Shown piece by piece: positions 21,681 through 32,230 of a stretch of DNA of 32,230 nt. Every line of letters begins with the position of its first letter. Position 1 is the stretch's first letter. The notes below the pieces were generated by a model, which was not told the origin of the DNA, did no database searches, and saw only the letters and a program-made list of their open reading frames with translations. The stretch comes from Octopus bimaculoides (Eukaryota), in contig NC_068984.1 in the NCBI RefSeq assembly GCF_001194135.2, forward strand, positions 87,242,383 through 87,274,612, read 5' to 3'. The translations under genes and the position numbers were made by a program.

Positions 21681-22479
21681 ACAACTATGCGTCCGTATTT
21701 GCTTTAAAAAAACATGAAGAATGTTCTAAACAGAAGCTCTGGAGAATTTCATACGATTAGATGCCAACATAAAACGTTCGAGGGAACTTTCGATGAAACA
21801 CAGATAATAAATAATTAATAATCAACAATGAAAAACATTGTTCATGATCATTGAAGGCAATTTAAAAGAGGAGATTAGAAAATTATTAAAATTCTTCGGT
21901 TATTGAATTTAAATTCATATCAAAACAATTTTCGATTTCAGAAAATTGAGGGAAATATAGATTAATAAGAAAGAAAATAAAACAGATATTGTGGTTTAAA
22001 ATGAATTCCAAAATGCTTAATTATTTCCACCTAACGTGATAAAAATAAATATGTTCGCTTTAAGCTCCCTACCTGAAATATTGTAGAACTAATTTATTAT
22101 AGAAAATAAGATGAAATCCCGAATCGAAGTAGAGTATGCATCTTCGGTAGCAACAAGCATACGGAAGGAATCGTGGTAGCAATAAAATATAAATGAATGT
22201 AATCTAAATGGCATTGACGCGAGGAAAGAGGAAATTACCGGTGTTTGAGGCTCAGAGTGTTTATTGCGGAAGAAAACAGAAAATTCCATATATTCTTTCA
22301 CAGGAGTCATGATAATAATGGAAGGAAGTAGGGAGGTAGATATATATGTTTTGAGAAACGGCTGGTGGAAGTGAATTGTGAGGAGAAATGGTAAACAGTA
22401 AAGTCTGAGTGTGTGTACGTGTGTGTGAGTGTGCGTGCGTGTGTACATGTGTATGTGTGTGTGTATGTGTGTGTGCGCG

Positions 22480-23290
22480 CGTCATTCACCATCGTTGGCA
22501 TCTTTATCAACTTCTTGGATATCTCCGTTTCCAGTGACAGCCCTCAACTTTTCATTACCGTCATTTTTTTACAAACTCATCAACTCCTTCCTCTAACCCA
22601 AATCCTTCTCATCCCACCCACTTGTACCAACAGTTGCCACTTTAACCGAGAGTTTGACTTACACCTAAAAGCTTCAATTTTTTTTTTTATTCTTAACCTG
22701 TCATTGATACCACCCGGTACCAAACCCATCTCTGTTATTCTGTCTTGAAGCCACTTAACACAATAACCTCTTCCAACTCGCCTTGTCATTCAACTTCTCC
22801 AACGCATGCTTTTTCCAATCTGGACCAGCTATCACTCCCACATTTCCTCTTTTTTAGATGTGTCTGTAACATACATGGCATTCTGGACAGTGTTCTTTCA
22901 TCCCTAGATGTTCCTTCATCCCAGTGTTCCTTCATACCTAACCTGTAATATCCGCAGACTCCCGCTGCAAATTATAACTTTATATGGCCATAAGTCCACT
23001 TTCAAGATGACAGCCACTGTAGTCCATTTAACTGCATTAAAAGACAACTTTGTCGTGAGTTGTACTTAAGTGAAACTGGCCAACTCTTGGCATATCGCTT
23101 TCAAGAGCACTTGCTCGATGCACATACATAATCCTTATCTATTTAAACTCGTTACCCGTTATTTCAACCCACACACCAGCCACTCGGCTACTGCCACTTT
23201 TCTATCTTTAGATTACTCCAACACAAAGTCTCCCGTCTATTGAGCAACTTCAGGAACAAAGGCTTAATTGTCAAACATCGCACGTCCTCT
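22480..23290 (+). mobile_element. Penelope-like element remnant (RT thumb to GIY-YIG endonuclease)
   Basis: NFLDISVS...SSHP (RT end) and LCRELYLSETGQLLAYRFQEH (GIY-YIG: YIGETGR..RF.EH-like). Heavily frameshifted. Confidence 0.65.
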
Positions 23291-23384
23291 GCCAATGTCA
23301 GCAGTACTAGAACTGTTTTCGTTTACCAAATTTCTCACCCATTCTGTTGGTCAACTCAAATCTATAGTAGGAGACACTATTCAA

Positions 23385-23460
23385 GGTGCCACGCAGGAGG
23401 ATCGATCCCGGATTTGAGTAGTTACGAAGCGAACTTCTTAACAATACAACCATATCTATA
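23385..23460 (-). mobile_element. SINE head, second family
   Basis: Reverse complement: gttaagaagttcgcttc...tccgggatcgatcc..ctgcgtggcacc. Confidence 0.6.
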
Positions 23461-24477
23461 TAGTTCAAACTGTACATTAGGGTGGTGATTTTCTTCTTCC
23501 AATGCTGACATCATTTTAATGAGCAAGACAGTGTTTGAAGTTTGCACTGTAGATAAAGTACTCTAATTAGCTTGTGTCTTCGCTGTAATCTGATAACATT
23601 AAAGACTTAATATGACCCACGTGAATATAAATTGCTTCAGAATCACAATAACCTTTCTATTTGTGACCTAGGGTTTATTTCAGTTGTCTATCAAAACAAA
23701 TAATATGCCTATTTTTTATTTTCATGCATTAACCTTAAACTATAATTTTGGTCCATGTTACATGAGACTATCGAATTTAGTTAGATTTTGTTTGACAGAA
23801 TAAATAAATCTTTGTTTATTCTTAAAACTAATTGCCTAATATTTACAGTATTTAAATCTAATTAAAGTTAAGAGAAACAAAAAAATGACTGTAGTTAAAA
23901 TGCTGCTAATTATTAGGATTTGAAACTGCACTATAAAACTAATTTCAAACAAATTTCGTGCCAAACAAGAAGCCTTTACATAGTGTTTCGACCTACTGGA
24001 GACAGTAGTCACATCTCCATTCATCCTCTAACTTCTTTGGAAAAGACGCGTTGATTCTGGATTCACAATACTTGAGGAAGAAATAAATTAGTTACAAATA
24101 GAATGCGTTTGATCATAACTCTATCTGTTCGATCAGAGCTGACCAGGGGCCATATCAGCAACGCCTTGTTTTAGAAAAAAAAGTTTGTTGTTGATAAATA
24201 GTATCTATCTCTGAATTCCGTTTTCGCGTGTGACGTGTCTTTTTTCCTCTTTTTAGACGAAAATCCCTGTTTGACCTTTAGGGTTTCTAAAGTAAAAGTG
24301 AAAAGCTATAAAGAAAAAATGAATTTTTGTGAAAAAGTAATTTACTCGAATTACTTCATGAGTTTTTCTAGTATTCTTATTAAATTTCTTTTCTAAATTT
24401 GTCCCAACGCCAAATGTTTTTTTTTTTTTGTAAGATATTGTCGATTAAATAAACTTTATTATTTCATTGGTTTTCTT

Positions 24478-24765
24478 CCAAGGTCAACTTTGCCTTTCAT
24501 CCTTTTGTGGTCGATAAAATAGTACCAATGAAGCACTGGAGCCGATGTAATCGATTAACCCCATCCAACTAGATTTCAGGGCTTGTGTATATAGTAGATA
24601 GAATTATTTCAATGGTACCTTTTTTTCTTCTTTTACCGATTCCAGAAGTCTGCAATTCAAAATAGAGATCGGCGGGATTTGAGCAACGAACGAAAAAGGA
24701 TAAATGGAATGTATGGAGACACTGCAAAGACATAAATCTCGTAACTCTGCCATTTCTGATCCTTC
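24478..24765. mobile_element. Two degenerate SINE fragments, tail-to-tail (+ 24478-24610, - ~24615-24765)
   Basis: aggtcaactttgcctttcatcc...gtcgataaaatagtacc on +; gatcggcgggatttgagc and aactctgcca on the reverse copy. Confidence 0.55.
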
Positions 24766-25418
24766 ACTTCGTCAATCCGATAGCAATAAAATAAAGGAAA
24801 TAAAATATAGATATTAAGATTAGTGGTCTTGTCTGAGAGTAGAAAAAACATTGCTGCAAGGCTAAAAAATATTACTATACGGGTTCCTATATGTACAGCA
24901 ACTTCAGTCTATTTTAAAGTTTTGCTGGTAGCATTGCATTTTAATAAATGACTATTTGTTCTTTGCGCAGAGGCGGTGGTACCATAGCCAATTAATGTTA
25001 TACAAGGTGTGATTATACTAGTTGAAAACTTTGTATTTTACTTTCGATTTTTAATCCCGAAAGTATAATTGATTTTACTCCACAAAAAGTGGACACAGAA
25101 ACTGATTGTAAAAGTTGAATCTCATGCATTCAATTGTTAGAGTGAGAAAGTGCTAATGTTGGTTAATATTGGATAATGTAAATATGTGCCACTCGAATAA
25201 AAAAGAACTTAGATATATTTCGATAAAATGGTAAATAATAAGAATCTAAAACTTGCAATTATCCTCTGGCATCTTACTAAGAAATAAATTGTGATATGAT
25301 GACATTAGGATATAAAACAGGTCGTATGGAATTGGGTTATAAAACATACACATCTTGGAAAATTTTATGTGATTTTAAAACTGTCTTTATCATTTTAAAG
25401 ATTGTGTCAATCAACATA

Positions 25419-27668
25419 CAGTGATACCTCGCAGTACGAGTTTAATTCGTTCCATGACCGAGCTCGTTTTACGATTTATTCGTTTTACAAATTAATTTTC
25501 CCAATTAAAATTAATTAAAATATGATTAATTCGTTCCAGCCCCACCACCAAAACAAAAGACACCCCAAAATAATTTTTTATCGGTTTTAAAACAGAAAAG
25601 ATGCAGTTACAAGGAAAATGACAATTATAAAAGCATAATAAAATATAATGCAAAAGAAATATGTAAACTGGTTTTATTAGTTTAGTTACCTTAAAGATGG
25701 GACGAATTGTGCGCGAGGAAGACGATGGAGCGGGGATGAGTTGGATTATTGTTTAGAAGGAGATTCTCCTTCCATCAAGACTTCAGGAAGAACATGTCCT
25801 GGCGTTTTCTCTCCCACTTCGTTTAATTTACGTCTTTTTGACCCACCTTCTTTACTTTTCACATTTACAGGTCGTTTCATTAAAAACATATCAAGAGAAG
25901 TCTGATTTTTCCTGCCTTTCAAAATGTTATGAAAATGCGCCAGAGTAGTGTTATTAAATAAAGCAGCTGCACGACCTGCAGATACTTTTTCAGGATGATA
26001 TTTTTTCTACAAATTCAGAAGCATACTGCCACTTTGCCAACATTGCCTTTATGTCACTTGTAGAGATAGCCTTCTTCGTTAAACTGTCTTCCTCCGGGGA
26101 ATCAATCGCTTCTACTGCATCCGAATGCTGCTGCTCCTGAAGCTGCAGGAGGTCATCTGTCTCAGCTTCTCTGAGTGTTCCTAGTGTTCCTCGACGAAAT
26201 CGTTAATGTCCCCATCGTCAACCTCGAGGCCCATGGACTTACCAAGAGACACTATCTCCTCGACTACAGGTGTCTCAGACTCAAACTCCTCGAAGTCTCT
26301 TCCGGATACGCAGTCAGGCCACAGTTTCCTCCATGCAGAATTCAGCGTTCCCCTCGTTACACCCTACCAGGTCATATCGATGATTTTCAGGCAGTTAACA
26401 ATGTTGTAATGCTTCTTCCAAAACTCACGAAGGGTTACATTTGTATTTTCGGTGACTTCAAAGCACCGACGAAACAGGTGTTTGGTGTACAATTTTTAAA
26501 AATTAGAAATCACTTGTTGGTCCATGGGCTGCAAGATAGGAGTGGTGTTGCAAAACTTTTATGAATTTCAAGGTACAAAACTTTTATGAATTTCAATTCG
26601 TCTAGGATATCATCTTCGAAGTTAGGAAGGTTATCAGGAGCATTGTCGATGTGCATTTGAGAGGAAGATCATTCTCCAGAAGGTACTTTTTCATTGCTGG
26701 TCCGAAGATAACGTTGATCCACTCGGAGAAGAATGGCCTGGTGACCCAGGCTTTAACTTTTGCCATCCACATAGCCTTCAGGATTTTGCGCGACTTGAAT
26801 GCTCGTGGACTGGCATTTCCTTCTCCTCTGCAGTTATGTAAGTTCTTCTGGGCACTTTTTTTTTCCAAAAAAGGCCAGTTTCATCACAGTTGAATACCTG
26901 TTGTGCGATGCACCCTTCGGTTGCGATGAGCTGACTGAATTCATGCACAAAATCCTCAGCTGCCTTCGTATCAGAACTCGCTGCTTCTCCAAACCTGACG
27001 ATGCTATGAACACCAGTCCTCTTCTTGAAATTATCGAACCAACTGTGACTGGCCTTAAATGCATCTGCTGATGTATCTTCCGTCGATGTTCCAGGGTTCT
27101 GCTTTAGGAAATCTCTATACAGCACTCGTGCTTTCTTACAGATGATGGTCTCCATAATCTCATCCCCTGCGAGTTGCTTCTCGTTGATCCACAGGAGAAG
27201 CAATGTTTCCATTTCTTCATGAACAGATGTGCATTGCTTAGAGAACTTTTGCTGTTGTAACAGCCTTGATCTCGTCCTTTTTCATCAGGATGGTGCAAAT
27301 CATTGACGTGCTTCGGTGGTATTGACGTGCTATGTCCACTACACGCACTCCTCTCTCATGTTTATCAATGACTTCCTTCTCCAATTCTATCATAATTAGC
27401 TTTTTTTCTCAGCACTGTCCTTTGCACTAACATTCTTAGGAACCGTAGCTAACACAACTAATTGTTATAAAATAATAGCAAAAAAAAAACGCACAAAATT
27501 AAACACGTAAACTGAGCGAGTGGAGGCTGTTCTTGTTGGGACAGCGTGTGCGAGCTCAGCGCTGACTGCAGATTTCCACTCGTACTTCAAGACAAAAATT
27601 CGCACAAGCCTCGGCTCGTACAGCAAATTACTCGTACACTGATGCAATCGTACTGCGAAGTTCTACTG
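25419..27668 (-). mobile_element. Tigger/pogo-family DNA transposon (2.25 kb), non-functional
   Basis: TIR CAGTGATACCTCGCAGTACGA versus reverse-end CAGTAGAACTTCGCAGTACGA (17/21). Flanks are TA and CA (mutated TA TSD). Encloses a transposase pseudogene. Confidence 0.9.
25746..27446 (-). pseudogene. Tigger-like transposase pseudogene (HTH_psq/CENP-B HTH plus DDE_1)
   Basis: METLLLLWINEKQLAGD...FKASHSWFDNFKKR...VFNCDETGLFWKK..PRRTYIT; AKVKAWVTRPFFSEW; NTTPILQPMDQQVISNF. Start appears mutated to ACG. Contains stops, frameshifts and a deletion of the RLT..CANASG segment. Confidence 0.9.
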
Positions 27669-27764
27669 CATTAATAAGATATATATTTACATAACGTGGA
27701 TATTTTCAGTAAGATCAACGATTACAATGCATCCATATCTTATTACATTATAGCATTCTATCCA

Positions 27765-28100
27765 TCTTCTCCACCTGCTATTCCTGGAAAGGATGTGGGG
27801 GGTAGCGCCCTCAGGTACCGCTTCCTTAAGGTTCTATCAAAAGCAACCGTCATCCAAGCGTGACCAACAGAGCCTATGGATTTTATCTAGCCATCACGTT
27901 CTTGGTATACACTTAAGTCTCTTGCCGGTTGGCTCCACTTGAATCTGTCTTGCGATTCTTTTCTGCGATATTCTAATCACATGTCTGTAGTACTGGAGCT
28001 GTGACCTCTCAGTACAGAGAAATAGTGGCTAGACTTGGGGAGACTCTCTGATCTCCGAGCTACGCAATCTGTCGAGTAACGTTACTCCAGAGATCCTCTA
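27765..28100 (-). mobile_element. RTE-clade LINE 3' fragment
   Basis: Minus frame SSEIRESPQV*PLFLCTERSQLQYYRHVIRISQKRIARQI..PTGKR...WLD. Confidence 0.7.
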
Positions 28101-28149
28101 ACATTCTGATATTAAATTTTCATATATAGAATTACAACTTTATAATTTT

Positions 28150-28278
28150 GAAATATTGATTTCAAATTTTAGTAAAAGGCCAGCAATTTCGGGGGAGGAG
28201 GAAAGTCAATTACATCGAACCCCAGTATTCAATTGGTACTTATTTTATCGACCCTAAAAAGATGAAAGGCAAGGTTGA
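28150..28278 (-). mobile_element. SINE 3' fragment
   Basis: gtcaattacatcgaacccag...ggtacttattttatcgaccc.aaaaagatgaaaggcaag. Confidence 0.75.
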
Positions 28279-28813
28279 AATATTAAATAATTTGTTGCTC
28301 AATGTCTTGTGGTATCATATTTTTACATCTCCGTCATCTGATGACATTCAAACGTCTCGTGATATATTTGAGTAAGCTTCATAAAATTCGGGTCGATGTT
28401 CTATATTCCTTATAAGACCGTATATGTACCGAAAAATGTAACTATTCTTTACATCATAAAGCTCTTTTTAGATCGCTATCAAAATATGACTCAATAATAT
28501 CTCTACATCATCCTAAGTGATATTAGATATAGTTAATGTCTCATTTGGTTTCAAAAACTAATTAACATAACACCCACATGTTGTATATTTCTTGTCCAGT
28601 GTGGTGCATCTTTTCCACCTCTGCTTTTTTTATATTTTCTAAGTAAACCTTTTTATCTGATTTGACTTGGATCTCGATAAAAATTTAATTTTTTCCGATA
28701 GTTGGCTTTCCAATATCTTCATATTTATCACACAATCATCCAGTATTTTCTACCTAATATCTTGTGGTTTAATGGAAATATTTTTATAAAGTTATCAACT
28801 GCACGGACGCAAG

Positions 28814-28816
<3 letters not shown>

Positions 28817-28858
<42 letters not shown>
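28817..28858. repeat. (AG)n microsatellite
   Basis: Direct reading. Confidence 0.95.
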
Positions 28859-28864
<6 letters not shown>

Positions 28865-28929
28865 TATAGGTGTTATCATAGGAATTTAAATTTTGATCGT
28901 TAGATTTATATATCATCAGTGAGCGGTTT

Positions 28930-29720
28930 AATTTGTGAGTAGTGTATGTTTCCAGTGTGTTTATTTTAGTATTGAACTGCGTTATGAGTATTGCTTCAAC
29001 TTTTAATTATCTACTTTCGTGTAGAATTCTGTAGAGTACAAGCGTGAAGTCTGCTAATGTTTTTTTTTTCTTATATCTCATTGTTGTAAGTACATGGTGA
29101 GTCGGCAGCAGGGCTTCGTACATGTATGGCCAATATAACAGTCGGAGTTGTGAAATTTACAACATTCGCATTTGCTATCGTATTCATAAATTACATTGAT
29201 CGACTTTTTCATAGTTTTACATACCTGTGGTTTTTTTATTGTAAGAAGGATTTTAATTTTAGAGTTCCTTTAATATTAGAATTACGTTATCGTTTATCAA
29301 AATGCATTTTGTTTTCTGCGTTTTGCTTTTAAAATATTTTGATGAATTTATCATTTTTTTTCTATGTATAATGCTTCTGGTTTATATAATACACTTTATG
29401 TATGGCTAGTGTATTTTTCATAATTTTTAATATCTTAATAATTGTTATATTTTCAGGTGTGTTAGTATCTCCTTTATTCTGCCATGTCATTATCTACTGC
29501 TTCATTTGTGGAGGAGAATCTAAATGCTCTTCAGAGTAAAGATTTTACCACTAACTTTTTATATCTATGTGGAAAGATGGTTTTATCTGTCTGAAGTATT
29601 TGTTTATTCCTGCATTGTTATCTATTTTTTGTTTTACATTCATCACGAATAAATCTTGGAGATTATAATCGATGTTTATAATATATTTATCTCTAACATT
29701 TTCAAGGGCTTGATAGTATA
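28930..29720 (-). mobile_element. Penelope-like element remnant (RT C-terminus and GIY-YIG)
   Basis: Minus frames give PHRYKKLVVKSLL*RAFRFSS and NVIYEY...CYIGHT...RLTMYLQ...VEAILI. Confidence 0.6.
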
Positions 29721-29939
29721 ATCTGATTTTAGTCCTGTTTTTGTTTTCGTTTTTTCTTTTTTTAGAAAAAAGACTTTATCAAATTTAAGAAAGATAATAG
29801 AAACCAAAATAAAAAATATATATATATAACGAACAAACTAATTGCAGTGATAAATGCACAAATAAGTGGCTCTTATATTCACTGCGTCACACTTCTATAG
29901 GACAGTATACTAAGTGTGTGAACGTATACCGTGTGTGTG

Positions 29940-29974
<35 letters not shown>

Positions 29975-30011
29975 GCGCACAATCAGAGGCACATACACAC
30001 ATATATATGTA

Positions 30012-30195
30012 TAGGGACGCAGGTGTGTCTGTATAATATGTTTGCTTCCCAACAACATCGTCCCGGGCTCATTTCCAATCCGTGGCAACTTGGGCGAGTG
30101 ACTTCTACTATAGCTCTTAGTCGATCAAAGCCTTGTGAGTGGATTTGATAAACGGAATCTAAAAGATGTCCGCCGAACACACACACACGCACACA
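30012..30195 (+). mobile_element. SINE of the second family, near full length
   Basis: tttgcttcccaac...cccgggctca...cgtggcaacttgggcgagtgacttctactatag...aaagccttgtgagtggatttg...acggaa. Confidence 0.75.
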
Positions 30196-31044
30196 TACAT
30201 CTGTCTATAGTGATCGAAACCACACGGAGAAATTTAGCTGACTGAGAGACAGTTAACAAAGATAAACTACGCTGCAAGTGCAAGTCTATGACAGGTCGGC
30301 AGCTTTTGTCCCACCACAATACTAAACTGGGGGATGTTATAGATTTTGATACATAACCGTGTTAGTTTAGGAATATCGATATTTTATTCAGCTTGTAAAC
30401 TTAAACTTACTCGGACAATATGATACCACAATTGTGTATTATGATTTTCAGGGAATGGAAAATGCTAAATTATTGGACATTTTCGATGAGATTGAGATAA
30501 GTTTAAAGAAACTCTAAATCTTTGAAGTGGTTATTTGTGAAGACATTTTTTTACAATATATATTTCTAATTATCGACTCTCTTGAGGACCAAGTGGATGT
30601 AAATATGAACAGTTATTTGCTGTTATCTCATTCTTCTCGTTTATATGTATGTAAACGTGCACAACCTTATTATTTGTTTATATTTTAAACAGGTTTTCGT
30701 AGGTCTATTGTCTTTATTTCTTATTTTCAAGGAGAGTCTCTTCAGTTGCATGATTAATGTAGATATTTTGCCGAGCTAAAGATAAAATGAATTTTATTCT
30801 CTACATTTTACACTCCAACCACTGGAATTTTAAACTCACTTGCACAAACTACTTTCTGATGGTAGCGCAAGAAAATTTGACTGAAACAGAAAAATGGTGT
30901 GCAAAAAGGCTGAGGATCTACTTTGATGCAACAATGATTCATTCATGTCCCACTTCACTAGATATTTTCAGCATTTTAGTAATTGTTGTTAATGATTACT
31001 AAAGGCTACTTTTATTGCCTTCATGCTCTTACTTGCTTTTCAAC

Positions 31045-31950
31045 TGTATAAATACTTCAATAACTGGTTCCTATTTTGGGTCCACTTTTTGCAGGACCCC
31101 TTTCTTACGCATTTCCTCTCGAAGTCACATTTCCATTCCTCAACGACAATGAAATCAAGTATTTTGCTATTATCCCGTACACACTTTTCTCAAAGTCTTG
31201 ATTCGCAGTGACACACTGCTTTGTAATCCGGAACACTTCATACCTTTTATACCCTCGTCGCAGAATGTTGGCATCTTTCTTCCTTTCCGTTACTCATTGC
31301 GATGTATAACTAATGTCTTGCTTCCTTTCTAGCTTTTTTGCATTGTTCCCTGTACCCTTCTTCCAATCTTTGCAGGCCAATTTTTACTTTTGCATCTATT
31401 TCTATCTACTTTTGCATTTCATCTCCATGTTACCATACATTTCATCTTCCATCTGACTAAAACTTTGCTCCATCCACGCGCCAGGTAGTACTTCTTTTAA
31501 CCTACATCTGGCCAAAGGATATTTCAGCTTCCTTAATTCAGCGTCTTTATCTCTTACGTCTCTGAGCCTCAAACTCTTATTCTTATGTCATTAAACATTA
31601 GTCTACAATGAGTTATACCTTCTCGTTGAATAGTACTAGTTGCCTATTTGTGGTGAATACGAAGCCTATCTGGCTGGCATGCTCACCGAATGGGAGGTTT
31701 TCTGATGTTAGTTTTCAAGATTAATAAGTTCCTTGCTTTATAGAATTCATCTTCATTCCTGGTTCTTCACGCGTAATTACCATGTACGCCGGAAAAGCCA
31801 TTGTCATGTTGTGCAGTATGTCTAGTGAAGTCACAGATTTGTTATCGAGGAACTGTCATTGTCACTGGGGTAGTCTGCAAGTGAGTCGCATAGAACCAGT
31901 CTTTTTTTTTGCTCATCTGTCAGTCCTGATCGTGATTCACATGCAGGGAT
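31045..31950 (-). mobile_element. RTE-clade LINE fragment (APE endonuclease end and linker), decayed
   Basis: Minus frames with frameshifts: TIIPAC..SGLTDEQK.DWFY..HLQTT...GVHG...TNIRKP...EKCVR. Typical of RTE ORF2. Confidence 0.65.
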
Positions 31951-32054
31951 AATTGTTTCTGTCGTGCTGCTTATGACTTATTTAAACTGAATTATTCTGT
32001 TACATTTTCTGACTACCTTAATTACTTTATCTATCTATTTCTATACCATATATA

Positions 32055-32057
<3 letters not shown>

Positions 32058-32088
<31 letters not shown>

Positions 32089-32130
32089 GAGAGAGAGAGA
32101 GAGAGAGAAAGGAGGGAGGGAGAGAGAGAG
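32058..32130. repeat. (CA)n-(GA)n microsatellite
   Basis: Direct reading. Confidence 0.9.
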
Positions 32131-32230
32131 GCTGTTATGCAGATAAACAAATTAGGCACATTAATTATATCAAATATATTGAATACAATAGTTTGGGTAT
32201 GAAATACAATATATATATATGTATGTATAT

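Noticed and set aside
26175-26564. 129-aa plus-strand ORF, and other ORFs overlapping TE remnants on the opposite strand
   Set aside because: Antisense shadows of transposase or LINE coding sequence.
28357-28800. CTGATGAC motif and a possible Penelope N-terminal region
   Set aside because: No GAAA at the right spacing, and the translated similarity is too weak to support.
30390-30520. Peptide GQYDTTIVYYD sharing GATACCACAATT with the 17993 exon (possible paralogous exon)
   Set aside because: A 12-bp match is expected by chance in 32 kb of AT-rich DNA, and the frame ends in a stop with no donor.

Overview
AT-rich, microsatellite-dense eukaryotic DNA made almost entirely of decayed transposable elements. 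The SINE families, RTE/Dong/Penelope fragments and TTAGGG repeats point to a mollusc, most likely an octopus; this comes from family recognition, not a database search. No intact protein-coding gene is present. Every long ORF is either microsatellite-derived or a broken TE ORF. TE remnants: RTE LINEs, R4/Dong-type RLE retrotransposons, a Ty3/Gypsy pol fused to an L1/Tx1 RT piece, Penelope-like elements with hammerhead-ribozyme-like cores, a Tigger/pogo transposon, a Helitron-type element, a Charlie-like hAT MITE and about 25 tRNA-derived SINE copies. The best host-gene candidate is a 99-nt phase 1-1 exon at 17993-18091. The most unusual system is a pair of related non-autonomous foldback DNA transposons (5840-7275, 19128-19770). 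Both have GGATCT termini, exact 8-bp TSDs (Merlin-like) and an internal telomeric (TTAGGG)n array. In the first copy the array has been broken and patched in register with an inverted copy of DNA from about 1.5 kb away. Boundaries of decayed repeats are approximate unless TSD/TIR sequences are quoted.
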